This document shows, in pieces, positions 53,665-63,309 of a stretch of DNA of 64,000 bases. Numbering within the stretch: the first letter of the stretch is position 1; each line of letters begins with the position of its first letter. The position numbers and the translations under genes are program-made. This stretch comes from an uncultured Oscillospiraceae bacterium (GTDB lineage: Bacteria; Bacillota; Clostridia; Christensenellales; CAG-138), in NCBI GenBank assembly GCA_964600225.1, contig CAZRIT010000003.1, forward strand, positions 13,400 to 77,399. The letters are read 5' to 3'. The notes beneath the pieces were generated by a model that did no database searches, was not told where the DNA came from, and saw only the letters and a list, made by a program, of their open reading frames with translations.

Positions 53665-55143
53665 ATGGACAGGAATACGCTTTATCGGGACATTGCCCAA
53701 CGCACGCAGGGCGACATCTACATCGGGGTGGTCGGGCCTGTCAGGACGGGCAAGTCCACGTTCATCAAGCGGTTCGTGGAATTGCTTGTCTTGCCGAACA
53801 TCGATAACGAGCATATCAGACAGCGCACGCTCGACGAGCTGCCGCAATCGGCCGCGGGCAAAACCGTCATGACCACGCAGCCAAGGTTTGTGCCCAACGA
53901 CGCCGCGCACATTGTGCTTGGCGAGCATGTGGGCTTCAACGTGCGGCTGGTGGACTGCGTGGGCTACATGGTGCCGGGCGCCATCGGCTCTACCGAAAAC
54001 GGCGCGCCGCGCATGGTCAGCACCCCGTGGTACGATCATGACATCCCCTTTTCGGAGGCGGCGGAGCTTGGCACCAAAAAGGTGATGACCGAGCACTCCA
54101 CAGTGGGGATTGTGATGACCACCGACGGCAGCATCACCGACCTGCCGCGGGAGGCGTATGTGGACGCCGAGCAGCGTGTGGTGGAGCAGATGCGGCAGAC
54201 GGGCAAGCCCTTCCTGATCGTGCTCAACAGCGCCAACCCCAACGGCGAGGCGGCGCAAACGCTTAAGCTTGAGCTCGAGCAGCGCTACGGCGTGGGCGTG
54301 TGCCTGATGGATGTGATGCGCATGAGCCTGTCGGGCACGCAGGAACTGCTCACGCAGATGCTGATGGAGTTCCCGCTCAGGCTGATCGAAATCAAGCTGC
54401 CCGGCTTTATGCGCGCGCTGCCTGCCGAGCACCCGCTGATACAACGGGTGATGCTGCCGATCCTTTCGACGCTGGAAGGGCTGCATCGGCTGCGCGATTA
54501 CCGCATGCTCATCGACGCCCTGACCGATATCGAGCAGTTCACGGGCGCGCGCGTGGAAAAGGTGCTGCTGGGCGAGGGCACGGCGACGCTTTCCCTGCAG
54601 CCCGAGGACAGTCTGTTCTATGCGGTATTGAGCGAGCAGTGCGGCTGCGAAATTGCGGACGAGTACGATTTGATTACCAAGCTGACCGATTTTTCACACG
54701 CCAAGCGCGAGTACGACCGCATTGCCGATGCATTATATGACGCCACCAACCTGGGCTACGGCATGGTATCGCCCGATATTTCGCTTATGCAGCTGGAGGA
54801 ACCGCAGATCACCAGGCAGGGCAACCGCTTTGGCGTGCGGCTGCGTGCGCGCGCAACGGGGCTGCACGTCATCCGCGTGGACGTGGAGAACGAGGTCAAC
54901 CCCATCGTCGGCACCGAGCAGCAATCGGAGGCGCTGGTGCGGTATCTGGCCGAAACGTTCGAGCAGGACCCACAGGCCATTTGGCAGACCAACATCTTCG
55001 GCAAACCGCTCTACGACCTGGTGCAGGAGGGCATGCAGGGCAAGATCAACCGCATGCCGGAAAACGTCCGCAGCCGCGTGCAGACCACCCTGCAGCGCAT
55101 CGTCAACGAAGGCTGCAACGGGTTAATCTGCATCATGCTGTAA
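53665..55143 (+). CDS. spoIVA: stage IV sporulation protein A (coat basement-layer ATPase)
   Basis: 'IYRDIAQRTQGDIYIGVVGPVRTGKSTFIKRF', full-length colinear protein. SD GAAGGAGG. Confidence 0.95.
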   Translation: MDRNTLYRDIAQRTQGDIYIGVVGPVRTGKSTFIKRFVELLVLPNIDNEHIRQRTLDELPQSAAGKTVMTTQPRFVPNDAAHIVLGEHVGFNVRLVDCVGYMVPGAIGSTENGAPRMVSTPWYDHDIPFSEAAELGTKKVMTEHSTVGIVMTTDGSITDLPREAYVDAEQRVVEQMRQTGKPFLIVLNSANPNGEAAQTLKLELEQRYGVGVCLMDVMRMSLSGTQELLTQMLMEFPLRLIEIKLPGFMRALPAEHPLIQRVMLPILSTLEGLHRLRDYRMLIDALTDIEQFTGARVEKVLLGEGTATLSLQPEDSLFYAVLSEQCGCEIADEYDLITKLTDFSHAKREYDRIADALYDATNLGYGMVSPDISLMQLEEPQITRQGNRFGVRLRARATGLHVIRVDVENEVNPIVGTEQQSEALVRYLAETFEQDPQAIWQTNIFGKPLYDLVQEGMQGKINRMPENVRSRVQTTLQRIVNEGCNGLICIML

Positions 55144-55166
55144 TATCGCATCTTTCGGGCAAGCTA

Positions 55167-55269
55167 GTCACGGCAATATCTGCCGTGACACAGCCCCTCA
55201 AAAACGTTGTTTTTGATGCGGAGGGCTATGAAACGTTCAGTCACGGCAGCAAGTGCCGTGACTTTTTTT
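55167..55269 (+). terminator. twin hairpins with identical 9-bp stems (GTCACGGCA/TGCCGTGAC); the second is followed by T7
   Basis: Hairpin 1 at 55167-55189 (loop ATATC). Hairpin 2 at 55240-55262 (loop GCAAG) plus TTTTTTT at 55263-55269. The gpr SD starts 4 nt later. Confidence 0.55.
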
Positions 55270-55289
55270 ATGCGGGAGGATTTATTTTT

Positions 55290-56192
55290 ATGCGGCAGTA
55301 TCGGACGGATTTGGCGCGCGATGCGTTTGTCGGCAGCGGCGGCATGTCGGGCGTGGTGGAGCGCGTGGAGCAGTTTGGCGAGGTGGAGGTATCGCGCATT
55401 CGCATCGTAACGGAGAAGGCGGCCGCGACGCTTGGCAAGCCCGTGGGCAACTACATCACCATTGAGTTGACGGACATGGCCGACGCCGATGAGATTGCAC
55501 AGCGGATTGCGGCGGAGCTGACCAACCTCATGCGCGATATCACGGGCGACGTGCTGGTCATCGGTCTTGGCAACCGCTTTGTCACGCCCGATTCCCTCGG
55601 CCCGCGCACGGTGGACAAGGTGTACGTCACCCGCCATATCCGCGCCTATGCGCCAGAGCTTGCACCCGAGGGCATGCGCGCGGTCTCGGCCATTGCGCCC
55701 GGGGTGCTGGGCGTAACGGGGCTGGAGACGGTGGAGGTGGTCAAGGGCTTGATCGCCAACGCCAGGCCCGCCGCGGTGCTGTGCATCGATGCGCTGGCGT
55801 CGGAACGGGTTTCCCGCATCACCTCGGTGGTGCAGCTAAACGATCACGGCCTCATGCCGGGCGCGGGCGTGGGCAACCGCCAGCAGGGGCTGGACAGCCA
55901 GACGCTGGGCGTGCCCGTGTTCGCCATCGGGGTGCCCACGGTGGTGTATGCGGCCACCATTGCGGAGGAAACCATCCGCCTGGTGGCGCGGCAAACGGGC
56001 GTCAGCGCCGACGGCGGGGCGCTCAGGAGCATGGCGGGCTCGCTCATCCACGAGCGCATGGGCAACCTTGTCGTTACCCCCAAGGACGTGGATAAACTGG
56101 TGGAGGACGCCTCCAAGCGGCTCTCCGACGGGATCAATCGGGCGCTGCACGGCGAGCGCACGGAAAAAATCGGGGCATTGCTCAACACCTGA
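55290..56192 (+). CDS. gpr: germination protease GPR
   Basis: 'RTDLARDA', 'LVIGLGNRFVTPDSLGPRTVDKVYVTRHI', 'LCIDALAS'. SD GGGAGGA. Confidence 0.9.
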   Translation: MRQYRTDLARDAFVGSGGMSGVVERVEQFGEVEVSRIRIVTEKAAATLGKPVGNYITIELTDMADADEIAQRIAAELTNLMRDITGDVLVIGLGNRFVTPDSLGPRTVDKVYVTRHIRAYAPELAPEGMRAVSAIAPGVLGVTGLETVEVVKGLIANARPAAVLCIDALASERVSRITSVVQLNDHGLMPGAGVGNRQQGLDSQTLGVPVFAIGVPTVVYAATIAEETIRLVARQTGVSADGGALRSMAGSLIHERMGNLVVTPKDVDKLVEDASKRLSDGINRALHGERTEKIGALLNT

Positions 56193-56210
56193 CCGCATAC
56201 CTTAGAGCAT

Positions 56211-57221
56211 ATGAGACAAGCATACAAAACACAGGGCGCGTTCACCCGTGCCCGCAGAAAACGTACGCATAGACCGTTGACGGTGCAGGAAATGGTGCTG
56301 TGGGTTGCATGCCTGGTGTGGCTGGCGGCGCTGAGCATTGCGGGGGTTTCGCTCAAAAAGAACCCCGCGGATACGCTGTTGAGCACCGCGTTTCCCGCCT
56401 ACCTGAGTATCGACGGCATGGCCACGGCCGCGCAGCAGGCCGCGGGCGCAAAGCCCAAGCTGACCATCGTGGCAACCACGGGGCAGGAACCCGCGGTGGA
56501 GGCGGCGGCCGTGCAGGCGGAGGCGGCGCTGCGGATTTTGATCTACCATACCCATGCAACCGAGGCGTACCTGATGACCGACGACGCGCCGTACGAGGAA
56601 AGCGGAAGCTTCCGCACCAAGGACAACAGCAAAAATGTGGTCGCGGTGGGCGCGGCGCTCAAGGACGAGCTGAAAAAGTACGGCCTGGTCGCCATCCACG
56701 ATACCGAAAATTACGAGCCGCCCAAGCTTTCCAGCGCGTACAGCCGTTCGCTGACGGCCATGCTGGATTATCAGGCGCAGTATCCCTCCGTCGAGGTGTT
56801 CATCGATGTGCACAGGGACGCCTACGGCACCGAAACGGACGTGCCGAAGGATTTTGTGGAGTATGAGGGCACACAAACGGCGCGCGTGATGTTTGTGGTG
56901 GGCACGGGCGAGGGCGCAACGGGCAGCGGGTTTGAACAGATGCCCGATTTTGCCTCCAACCTGAAGTTGGCGGAGGCGGTGACGGATCATATTGCCGATC
57001 GGGACGAGCGGCTGGTGCGGCAGGTGCGCGTCAAAACGGGCCGCTACAACCAGCATGTATCGGGCATGTGCCTGCTGGCGGAGGTGGGGCACAACGCCAA
57101 CACCCTTTCGCAGGCGCTAGCCGCCGTGCCGCTGCTGGCCGAGGCCATTGCCGACGCGCTGGAAAACAAACAGGCCGATACGCAAATGCACGTATCGGCC
57201 ATGTCGGTTTGGACGCCGTAA
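56211..57221 (+). CDS. spoIIP: stage II sporulation protein P
   Basis: TM anchor, 'ILIYHTHATEAY', 'VFIDVHRDA'. Confidence 0.85.
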   Translation: MRQAYKTQGAFTRARRKRTHRPLTVQEMVLWVACLVWLAALSIAGVSLKKNPADTLLSTAFPAYLSIDGMATAAQQAAGAKPKLTIVATTGQEPAVEAAAVQAEAALRILIYHTHATEAYLMTDDAPYEESGSFRTKDNSKNVVAVGAALKDELKKYGLVAIHDTENYEPPKLSSAYSRSLTAMLDYQAQYPSVEVFIDVHRDAYGTETDVPKDFVEYEGTQTARVMFVVGTGEGATGSGFEQMPDFASNLKLAEAVTDHIADRDERLVRQVRVKTGRYNQHVSGMCLLAEVGHNANTLSQALAAVPLLAEAIADALENKQADTQMHVSAMSVWTP

Positions 57222-57231
57222 AGAAAAACGA

Positions 57232-58458
57232 TCAGACCATATGGAAGCGGTTTTTCAACACGTCGACGGCCTTGTGCGCATCCACCGAGTCCACCAAAAA
57301 CTCGATCTTGGTATCGCTGGTGGTCACCAGTTGCAACTGGATATCGGCCGAGGACAGCACATCAAACAGCTCCGACGCCACGCCGTGACGCAGCGCCATG
57401 CCCGCGCCCTCCACGGTGCACTTGACCATATCGCTGTGGGAAACAACGCGCAGCTGCGGCTGGGCGCTGAGGATGGGCTTGAGCGCGCGGAACGCATCGA
57501 GAAGCTGGCTTTGCCGCAGCGACACGCCGATGGAGAACGCATCCGACGCCGCGTGGGAAAGCGAAATCATATCGATGAACACGCCCTCCGCGGCCAGGCT
57601 GTCGAACAGGGCCTTGACGGGGTTGCTGTCGGCATAGCTGCCGGATACGGTGATGAGCGCCTGCTGATCCAGCACCGAAAGGCGGGAGGCAACATCGTGC
57701 TCGGTGACGACGCTTTCCATGTTATACAGCCCTGCGTCACGGCCGACCAGGAAGGAGGCCGCGCGCAGCGCCCCGCAGGCAAACACCTGCTTGCTGTACG
57801 CGATGTGCGAAATTTCGACAATCTCGTCCTCGCCGATGAACATCACCTTGTGTTCGCCCGGGATGGTGCCGCCGCGGATGGAGTGGATGCCGATCTCGCT
57901 TGCGGTGCGGCGCTTGTTCTTTTCGTGGCGGCCGTAGACATACTCCGTCTCGTGCGCCTTTTGGGCGTTGATGGCGTCGGCCAGCATGAGCGCTGTGCCG
58001 CTGGGGGCGTCGATTTTGAAGTGGTGGTGCTTTTCGACAATCTCCACCTCGTAGTTTTCCCCAAGCGCCGCCGCAGCCTCCTTGGCAAGGGTAAGCTGCA
58101 CGTTGACGCCGAGCGACATGTTGCCCGTCTGGAACACGGGGATGCGCTCGGCAGCCTTGCGGATCAGCCGCATATCCCGTTCGCTCAAGCCCGTGGTGGC
58201 AATGATGGCGGGGATGCGCTTTGCCTGCGCATAGCGCAACACGTTTGGCAGCGTGGCAGGCACCGTAAAATCGATGATGATATCGGGCGTCTCCTTGACG
58301 TCGTCGAGAGAGGTGTAGACGGGGCAGGCAAAATCACTGCCGCTTGCGGCAACGTCCACGCCCGCCACAACGGAAAACGCGCCGCTTTGTGCCAGCGCGG
58401 TGGCGTAGACGGCGCGCCCCATCCTACCCATAATACCGTGGATGAGGATGCGAATCAT
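57232..58458 (-). CDS. dapB: 4-hydroxy-tetrahydrodipicolinate reductase fused to a C-terminal aspartokinase-type ACT-ACT module (408 aa)
   Basis: DapB core 'IRILIHGIMGRMGRAV...EVEIVEKHHHFKIDAPSGTAL...IHSIRGGTIPGEHKVMF'. This is followed by about 145 aa: 'ALITVSGSYADSNPVKALFDSLAAEGVFIDMIS...VKCTVEGAGMALRHGVASELFDVLSSADIQLQLVTTSDTKIEFLV'. Confidence 0.85.
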   Translation of the reverse strand: MIRILIHGIMGRMGRAVYATALAQSGAFSVVAGVDVAASGSDFACPVYTSLDDVKETPDIIIDFTVPATLPNVLRYAQAKRIPAIIATTGLSERDMRLIRKAAERIPVFQTGNMSLGVNVQLTLAKEAAAALGENYEVEIVEKHHHFKIDAPSGTALMLADAINAQKAHETEYVYGRHEKNKRRTASEIGIHSIRGGTIPGEHKVMFIGEDEIVEISHIAYSKQVFACGALRAASFLVGRDAGLYNMESVVTEHDVASRLSVLDQQALITVSGSYADSNPVKALFDSLAAEGVFIDMISLSHAASDAFSIGVSLRQSQLLDAFRALKPILSAQPQLRVVSHSDMVKCTVEGAGMALRHGVASELFDVLSSADIQLQLVTTSDTKIEFLVDSVDAHKAVDVLKNRFHMV

Positions 58459-58471
58459 AATAGTCCTCCGA

Positions 58472-59347
58472 TCAGATCAGTTCATAACCCTTCAGCGTAT
58501 CCTCCATCAGCCGTCGGTTTGCGGCCGTGGGCGGCACCAGCGGCAGCCGCAAATCGGGCTCGCAAAGCTGCATCATGCCGAGCATGGTTTTGACGGGGAT
58601 GGGGTTGACCTCGCAGAAGGTGGCGTTGCAAAGGGGAATCATCTGCAGCTGAATGGCGCGCGCGCGCGCGGTATCGCCCGCAAAGTAGGCCATGCACATG
58701 GCGTGCACGGCGCTGGGCATGATGTTGGCGATGGTAGAGATGACACCCTTGGCGCCGACGCTGAGCATGGGCACGATATGGTCGTCGTTGCCGGCGTAGA
58801 TATCGCAATCGGGGCAGAGCGCGGCAAGGTTGACGATCTGCTCGATGTTGCCGCTTGCCTCCTTGACGCCCACGATGTTTTGGTGCTTGAGCAATTTTGC
58901 CATGGTGGCGGGCAATACGTTCATGCCCGTGCGGCTTGGCACATTGTACACCAGAATGGGCGTATCCACGCTGTCGGCAATGGCATAGTAGTGCGCCACA
59001 AGGCCTTCCTGCGTGGTTTTGTTGTAGTAGGGGGTGACCACCAGCAGCGCATCGACGCCGATGGCCTCGGCCGAACGGCTCTGCTCGATGACGGCGGCGG
59101 TGTTGTTGCCGCCCGTGCCCGCAATGACGGGCACGCGCTTGTTGACGCGCTCCACCACGAACTGTATCACGCTCAGCCGCTCGTCGAGGCTCATGGTCGC
59201 CGCCTCGCCCGTGGTGCCGCAGCACACGATGGCGTCGGTTTCGCTGGTGATTTGCAGTTCGATCAATCGGGTGAACGCCGTGAAATCGACGGCACCGTTT
59301 TGAAACGGTGTGACGATGGCGACGCCGCTGCCTTCAAAAATCGGCAT
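58472..59347 (-). CDS. dapA: 4-hydroxy-tetrahydrodipicolinate synthase
   Basis: 'GSGVAIVTPF', 'VCCGTTGEAATMS', 'YNVPSRTG'. Confidence 0.95.
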   Translation of the reverse strand: MPIFEGSGVAIVTPFQNGAVDFTAFTRLIELQITSETDAIVCCGTTGEAATMSLDERLSVIQFVVERVNKRVPVIAGTGGNNTAAVIEQSRSAEAIGVDALLVVTPYYNKTTQEGLVAHYYAIADSVDTPILVYNVPSRTGMNVLPATMAKLLKHQNIVGVKEASGNIEQIVNLAALCPDCDIYAGNDDHIVPMLSVGAKGVISTIANIMPSAVHAMCMAYFAGDTARARAIQLQMIPLCNATFCEVNPIPVKTMLGMMQLCEPDLRLPLVPPTAANRRLMEDTLKGYELI

Positions 59348-60361
59348 TTACTTAGCCTCCCATTGACGAATGAGCTCCTGTGCGATTTGGATGGTGTTGG
59401 TCGCTGCGCCCTTACGGATATTATCCGCCACGCACCAGAAGTTGATGCCGTTTTCCACCGAGAAGTCGCGGCGCAGCCGCCCGACGTACACGGGATCCTT
59501 ATCCTCGGCATGGATGGCCAAAGGATAGATATCGTGAGCGGGATCGTCCTCGACGACCAGACCGTCCATGTTTTCCCAGAGCTTGCGGATATCGCCGAGC
59601 TCAAAGGGCTTGTTGAACTCCACATTGATGCTTTCGCTGTGGCCGTGGAACACGGGCACGCGCACCGTGGTGGCGGTTACGGGCAGATCGGGGAGGGAGA
59701 GGATCTTGCGCGTTTCCTCGATCATCTTCCACTCCTCCTTGGAGTAGCCGTTTTCCAAAAAGACGTCGATGTGCGGCAGGCAGTTGCCCGCGATGGGGTA
59801 CTGGAATTTCTTGGGCGGCGCGCCGTTGAGGCCGTCCTTGAGGTCCATGTAGCCCTGCATGCCTGCGCCCGACACGGCCTGGTAGGTGGAATACACCACG
59901 CGCTTGAGGCCGTAATGGTCCGAAAGCGGCTTGAGCGGCACCATGGCCTGTATGGTGGAGCAGTTGGGGTTGGCAATGATGCCCTTGTTCTTGTACATCG
60001 GGATGGCCTCGGGGTTGACCTCGGGCACCACCAGCGGGATTTCGGGGTCCATGCGCCAGCAGCTTGAGTTGTCGATGACCACGGCGCCCGAGCGGGCGAC
60101 GATGGGCGCAAACTTTTTGGAGGTACCCGCGCCCGCGGAAAACAGCGCGATATCGATGTGAAGATCGTCAAACGCGGTCTCGGTCAATTCGCGGATGGTG
60201 TACTGCGTGCCCATAAACGGCACGGTCGTGCCCGCGCTTCTTGCGGAGGCAAACAGAAAGTACTCGGAAACGGGCAGCTTGCGCTCCTCCAGCACCCGGA
60301 GAAACTTACGTCCGACCATGCCCGTTGCGCCAACGACTGCGATGCGATACTGTTTCATCAT
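59348..60361 (-). CDS. asd: aspartate-semialdehyde dehydrogenase
   Basis: 'RIAVVGATGMVGRKF', 'IIANPNCSTIQ', 'HGHSESI'. Confidence 0.95.
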   Translation of the reverse strand: MMKQYRIAVVGATGMVGRKFLRVLEERKLPVSEYFLFASARSAGTTVPFMGTQYTIRELTETAFDDLHIDIALFSAGAGTSKKFAPIVARSGAVVIDNSSCWRMDPEIPLVVPEVNPEAIPMYKNKGIIANPNCSTIQAMVPLKPLSDHYGLKRVVYSTYQAVSGAGMQGYMDLKDGLNGAPPKKFQYPIAGNCLPHIDVFLENGYSKEEWKMIEETRKILSLPDLPVTATTVRVPVFHGHSESINVEFNKPFELGDIRKLWENMDGLVVEDDPAHDIYPLAIHAEDKDPVYVGRLRRDFSVENGINFWCVADNIRKGAATNTIQIAQELIRQWEAK

Positions 60362-60396
60362 ATTATCCCAGCTTCCTAATAGTATATAGATACATT

Positions 60397-60425
60397 ATTC
60401 TAATGGATATGTCCCCGTTTGTCAA
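60397..60425 (-). promoter_or_regulatory. sigma-A-type promoter TTGACA-17-TAGAAT for asd-dapA-dapB
   Basis: Read on the minus strand. It leaves only about a 30-nt leader before the asd ATG. Confidence 0.5.
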
Positions 60426-60541
60426 TTCAGACCGTCGGATTTTCCGTGCGTCAGATGATGTCGCCCGATTGCGGCGGAATGGCGGGTTTCGGCGCCTGTG
60501 CGTGTGCATATTGGGGCGGGGAACGGCTTACGGAACAAAAA

Positions 60542-60571
60542 TTGACACCTGCAATCGGGAAACGATACAAT
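60542..60571 (+). promoter_or_regulatory. sigma-A-type promoter TTGACA-18-TACAAT for the OYE-family gene
   Basis: Hexamers read directly. Confidence 0.45.
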
Positions 60572-60660
60572 AAAAATACAAAGATCGAATCAATCCTTTG
60601 GCACATGTTTCCATGATACGGATGACCAAACCACATCAGCAAACCGGGAGGATGGCTTAC

Positions 60661-62580
60661 ATGAAATACGACGCGTTGTTTCAGCCGATGTACATCAACA
60701 AATTGCGCATCAAAAACCGTATTGTCTTTTCCCCGATGGGCACGGGCTCCTATCACACGGACGGCACCATCACCAACGAAGAGATCGATTACTTTGAGGA
60801 ACGCGCCAGAGGCGGCGCGGGCATGCTGATACTCGGCTGCAAGTTCGTCAGCCGTGCGCTGGCGCCGACGGGCGGGCTGTTGAGCATGCCGTATGTGGTG
60901 CAGGGCTTCAGCACGCTGTGCGACAGCGTGCAGCGCTACGGCGCGCGCATGTGCGCGCAGATTAGCTGCGGCATGGGCCGCAACACCCAGCCGTCGGAGG
61001 AATACATTCCGTTTTCGCCGTCCCCCAACCCCAACTTTTTCGCGCCGAGCATTCCCTGCCGCGAGATGACGGCGGAGGAGATTGCAAAGGCCATTGCGGA
61101 CACGGCCGTTTCCGCGCGGCTGGTGAAGAACGCGGGCTTTGACGCCATCGAGCTGCACGGGCACGCGGGTTACCTGATCGATCAGTTCATGTCGCCAATA
61201 TGGAACACCCGTACCGACGCCTACGGCGGCAGCCCGGAAAACCGCATGCGTTTCCCGTGCGAGCTGATCGAGGCCGTGCGCAAAGAGGTGGGGCCCGATT
61301 ATCCCATCCTGTTTCGCATCGCGCTGGATCATCGGTTTGCGGGCGGGCGCACATTGGAGGAAAGCCTGCCGATGCTCGGCATACTGGAACGGCACGGCGC
61401 CGATGCGTTCGATATCGACGCGGGCTGCTACGAAAGCATGGATTATGTGTTCCCCACATCGTACCTGGGCGACGCGTGCATGGATTATGTATGCAGCCCA
61501 AGCCGCGCGCATACCGCGCTGCCGCTGCTCAACGCGGGAAACCATACGCCCGAGACCGCATTGGAACTGATCTCCTCGGGCAAGGCGGATTTTGTCATGA
61601 TGGGCCGTCCGCTGATTGCCGACCCCGATTTGCCCAACAAACTGCGTGCGGGCGAGCGGGAGGATGTGCGCCCGTGCCTGAGGTGCAACGAGGAATGCAT
61701 CGGCAGGGAGTTTTTGCGCGGCACCAGGATCAGTTGCTCGGTGAACCTGCAGGTATTCGAGGAAAAGCGTTTTCAAATGGAACGGAGCGTCTCAAAAAAG
61801 CGCGTCGCCGTCATCGGCGCGGGCCCCGCGGGGCTGGAGGCGGCGCGCGTTGCGGCGCTGCGCGGGCATGCCGTTACGGTGTTTGAAAAGCGCGGGGAGA
61901 TCGGCGGCACGCTTGCGTTGGCTGCGTCCCCAACGTTCAAAAAGCCGTTGCGGGATTTGATAACATGGTACGGGCGGCAGCTAAAAAAGCTGCATATCGA
62001 CGTGCGGCTGAATACCGTGGTGGACGCAGAAAGCGCCGTGTTGGCGGATTTTGACGAGGTGGTGGTATCCGTCGGCGCAAAGCCGCTGCTGCCGCCGATC
62101 AAGGGCCTTGGGCTGCCGCATGTGCTCGACGTGGCGGACGTGGGCAAGCAGGCCGAAAGGCTGCGCGGCAAGCGCGTAACGGTCTGCGGCGGCGGGCTTT
62201 CGGGCTGCGACGCGGCGTTGGAGCTGGCCACGGAATACGGCTGCAAGGTCACGGTGGTGGAGATGAAGCCCGAGATGGCAGGCGACGTGTTCTTTATCAA
62301 CGCCATGACGCTGTTAAGGATGCTCAACGAAGCGGGGGTTACGCTGCTGACCAGCGCGCCCGTTGCCGCCATTGAGGAAGCGGGCGTCAGGCTGGCGGAC
62401 GGTTTTGTGGAGGCGGACGCGGTGGTAACGGCGTTTGGCAGGCGGCCCGACCGCGATTTTGCCGAGGCAATCGGCGCGCGCTTTGGCGACCGTGCGCACA
62501 TTGTGGGCGATTGCGAGCGCGCGGGCAAGGTCGGCAACGCCATCCGCGGCGGGTTTATGGCCGGGATGAGCATCCGATAA
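60661..62580 (+). CDS. NADH:flavin oxidoreductase of the enoate/2,4-dienoyl-CoA reductase type (OYE TIM barrel + 4Fe-4S + FAD/NAD(P) domain)
   Basis: 'RIKNRIVFSPMGT', 'ELHGHAGYLIDQF', Cys cluster 'RPCLRCNEECIG', 'VAVIGAGPAGLEAA'. SD GGGAGG before ATG 60661. Confidence 0.85.
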   Translation: MKYDALFQPMYINKLRIKNRIVFSPMGTGSYHTDGTITNEEIDYFEERARGGAGMLILGCKFVSRALAPTGGLLSMPYVVQGFSTLCDSVQRYGARMCAQISCGMGRNTQPSEEYIPFSPSPNPNFFAPSIPCREMTAEEIAKAIADTAVSARLVKNAGFDAIELHGHAGYLIDQFMSPIWNTRTDAYGGSPENRMRFPCELIEAVRKEVGPDYPILFRIALDHRFAGGRTLEESLPMLGILERHGADAFDIDAGCYESMDYVFPTSYLGDACMDYVCSPSRAHTALPLLNAGNHTPETALELISSGKADFVMMGRPLIADPDLPNKLRAGEREDVRPCLRCNEECIGREFLRGTRISCSVNLQVFEEKRFQMERSVSKKRVAVIGAGPAGLEAARVAALRGHAVTVFEKRGEIGGTLALAASPTFKKPLRDLITWYGRQLKKLHIDVRLNTVVDAESAVLADFDEVVVSVGAKPLLPPIKGLGLPHVLDVADVGKQAERLRGKRVTVCGGGLSGCDAALELATEYGCKVTVVEMKPEMAGDVFFINAMTLLRMLNEAGVTLLTSAPVAAIEEAGVRLADGFVEADAVVTAFGRRPDRDFAEAIGARFGDRAHIVGDCERAGKVGNAIRGGFMAGMSIR

Positions 62581-62595
62581 GCCCGAGGCTGGGGG

Positions 62596-63309
62596 TTATT
62601 CGCTTAAAAACCGCAGCGCATCGCGCATGTGGTGGATATCGTAGCGCATCTCGTCGCGCGCCTGCGTGGAAAAGCGGTTTTTGAGCGCTGCCAGTATGGC
62701 AAAATGGATGTTGAAGTATGCCTGCGCGTCGTCGGCGCGGTAGGGGCTTTTCAGCCAGATATACCGGCGGTAGCGCGTCAAACGGCTTTCATAGAGCCGA
62801 TACGCCTTGATAAAATACTCGTTTTCGGATGCGGCGACGATGCGCCGATGAAAATCGTCGTCGCATACGGGCAGCTGCGGCACGCGCGTGTCGATGCGTT
62901 CGTCGGCGATAGCACTTTGCTCGAAGGCCTTTTTGCAGGCAGTCAGGCTGTCCGAAAGGGCGGAAAGCTGCTGCGGCGTGATGTGCTTGGCCGCGTCGAA
63001 CGCCGCTTCCCCCTCGATGGCGTGGCGCATCCGACAGATATCGACGCAGTCTTCATAGCGCACCTGAGACACGCGCGGCATCTTGCCGGGCGTTTTTTCC
63101 AATAGCCGTTCCTCCGTCAGTTGCCGAATGGCCGCCTGCACGGGCGAACGGCTGACGCCCAGATCCGTGGCCACCTGCGTTTCGCTGAGCGCATGCCCCG
63201 GTTCCAGCCGCAGCGTAACGATCTCCTGCTGCAAATATTCGTATACCACGCGGCCGATGGTATGAAACGGCGCCTGCCGAACCCGCATTTCAAACGCCTC
63301 GCGATGCAA
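62596..63309 (-). CDS. GntR-family regulator (FadR/FCD type)
   Basis: 'LSETQVATDLGVSRSPVQAAIRQLTEERLL'. TTG start with an AAGGAGGTG SD 5 nt upstream. Confidence 0.8.
   Translation of the reverse strand: MHREAFEMRVRQAPFHTIGRVVYEYLQQEIVTLRLEPGHALSETQVATDLGVSRSPVQAAIRQLTEERLLEKTPGKMPRVSQVRYEDCVDICRMRHAIEGEAAFDAAKHITPQQLSALSDSLTACKKAFEQSAIADERIDTRVPQLPVCDDDFHRRIVAASENEYFIKAYRLYESRLTRYRRYIWLKSPYRADDAQAYFNIHFAILAALKNRFSTQARDEMRYDIHHMRDALRFLSE

Noticed and set aside
60362-60660. Lysine riboswitch (L-box) upstream of asd-dapA-dapB.
   Set aside because: The minus-strand leader shows none of the L-box conserved blocks (AGAGGCGC, GGGGAGC...GCCGAAG, CTGTCA). The best promoter leaves only about a 30-nt leader.
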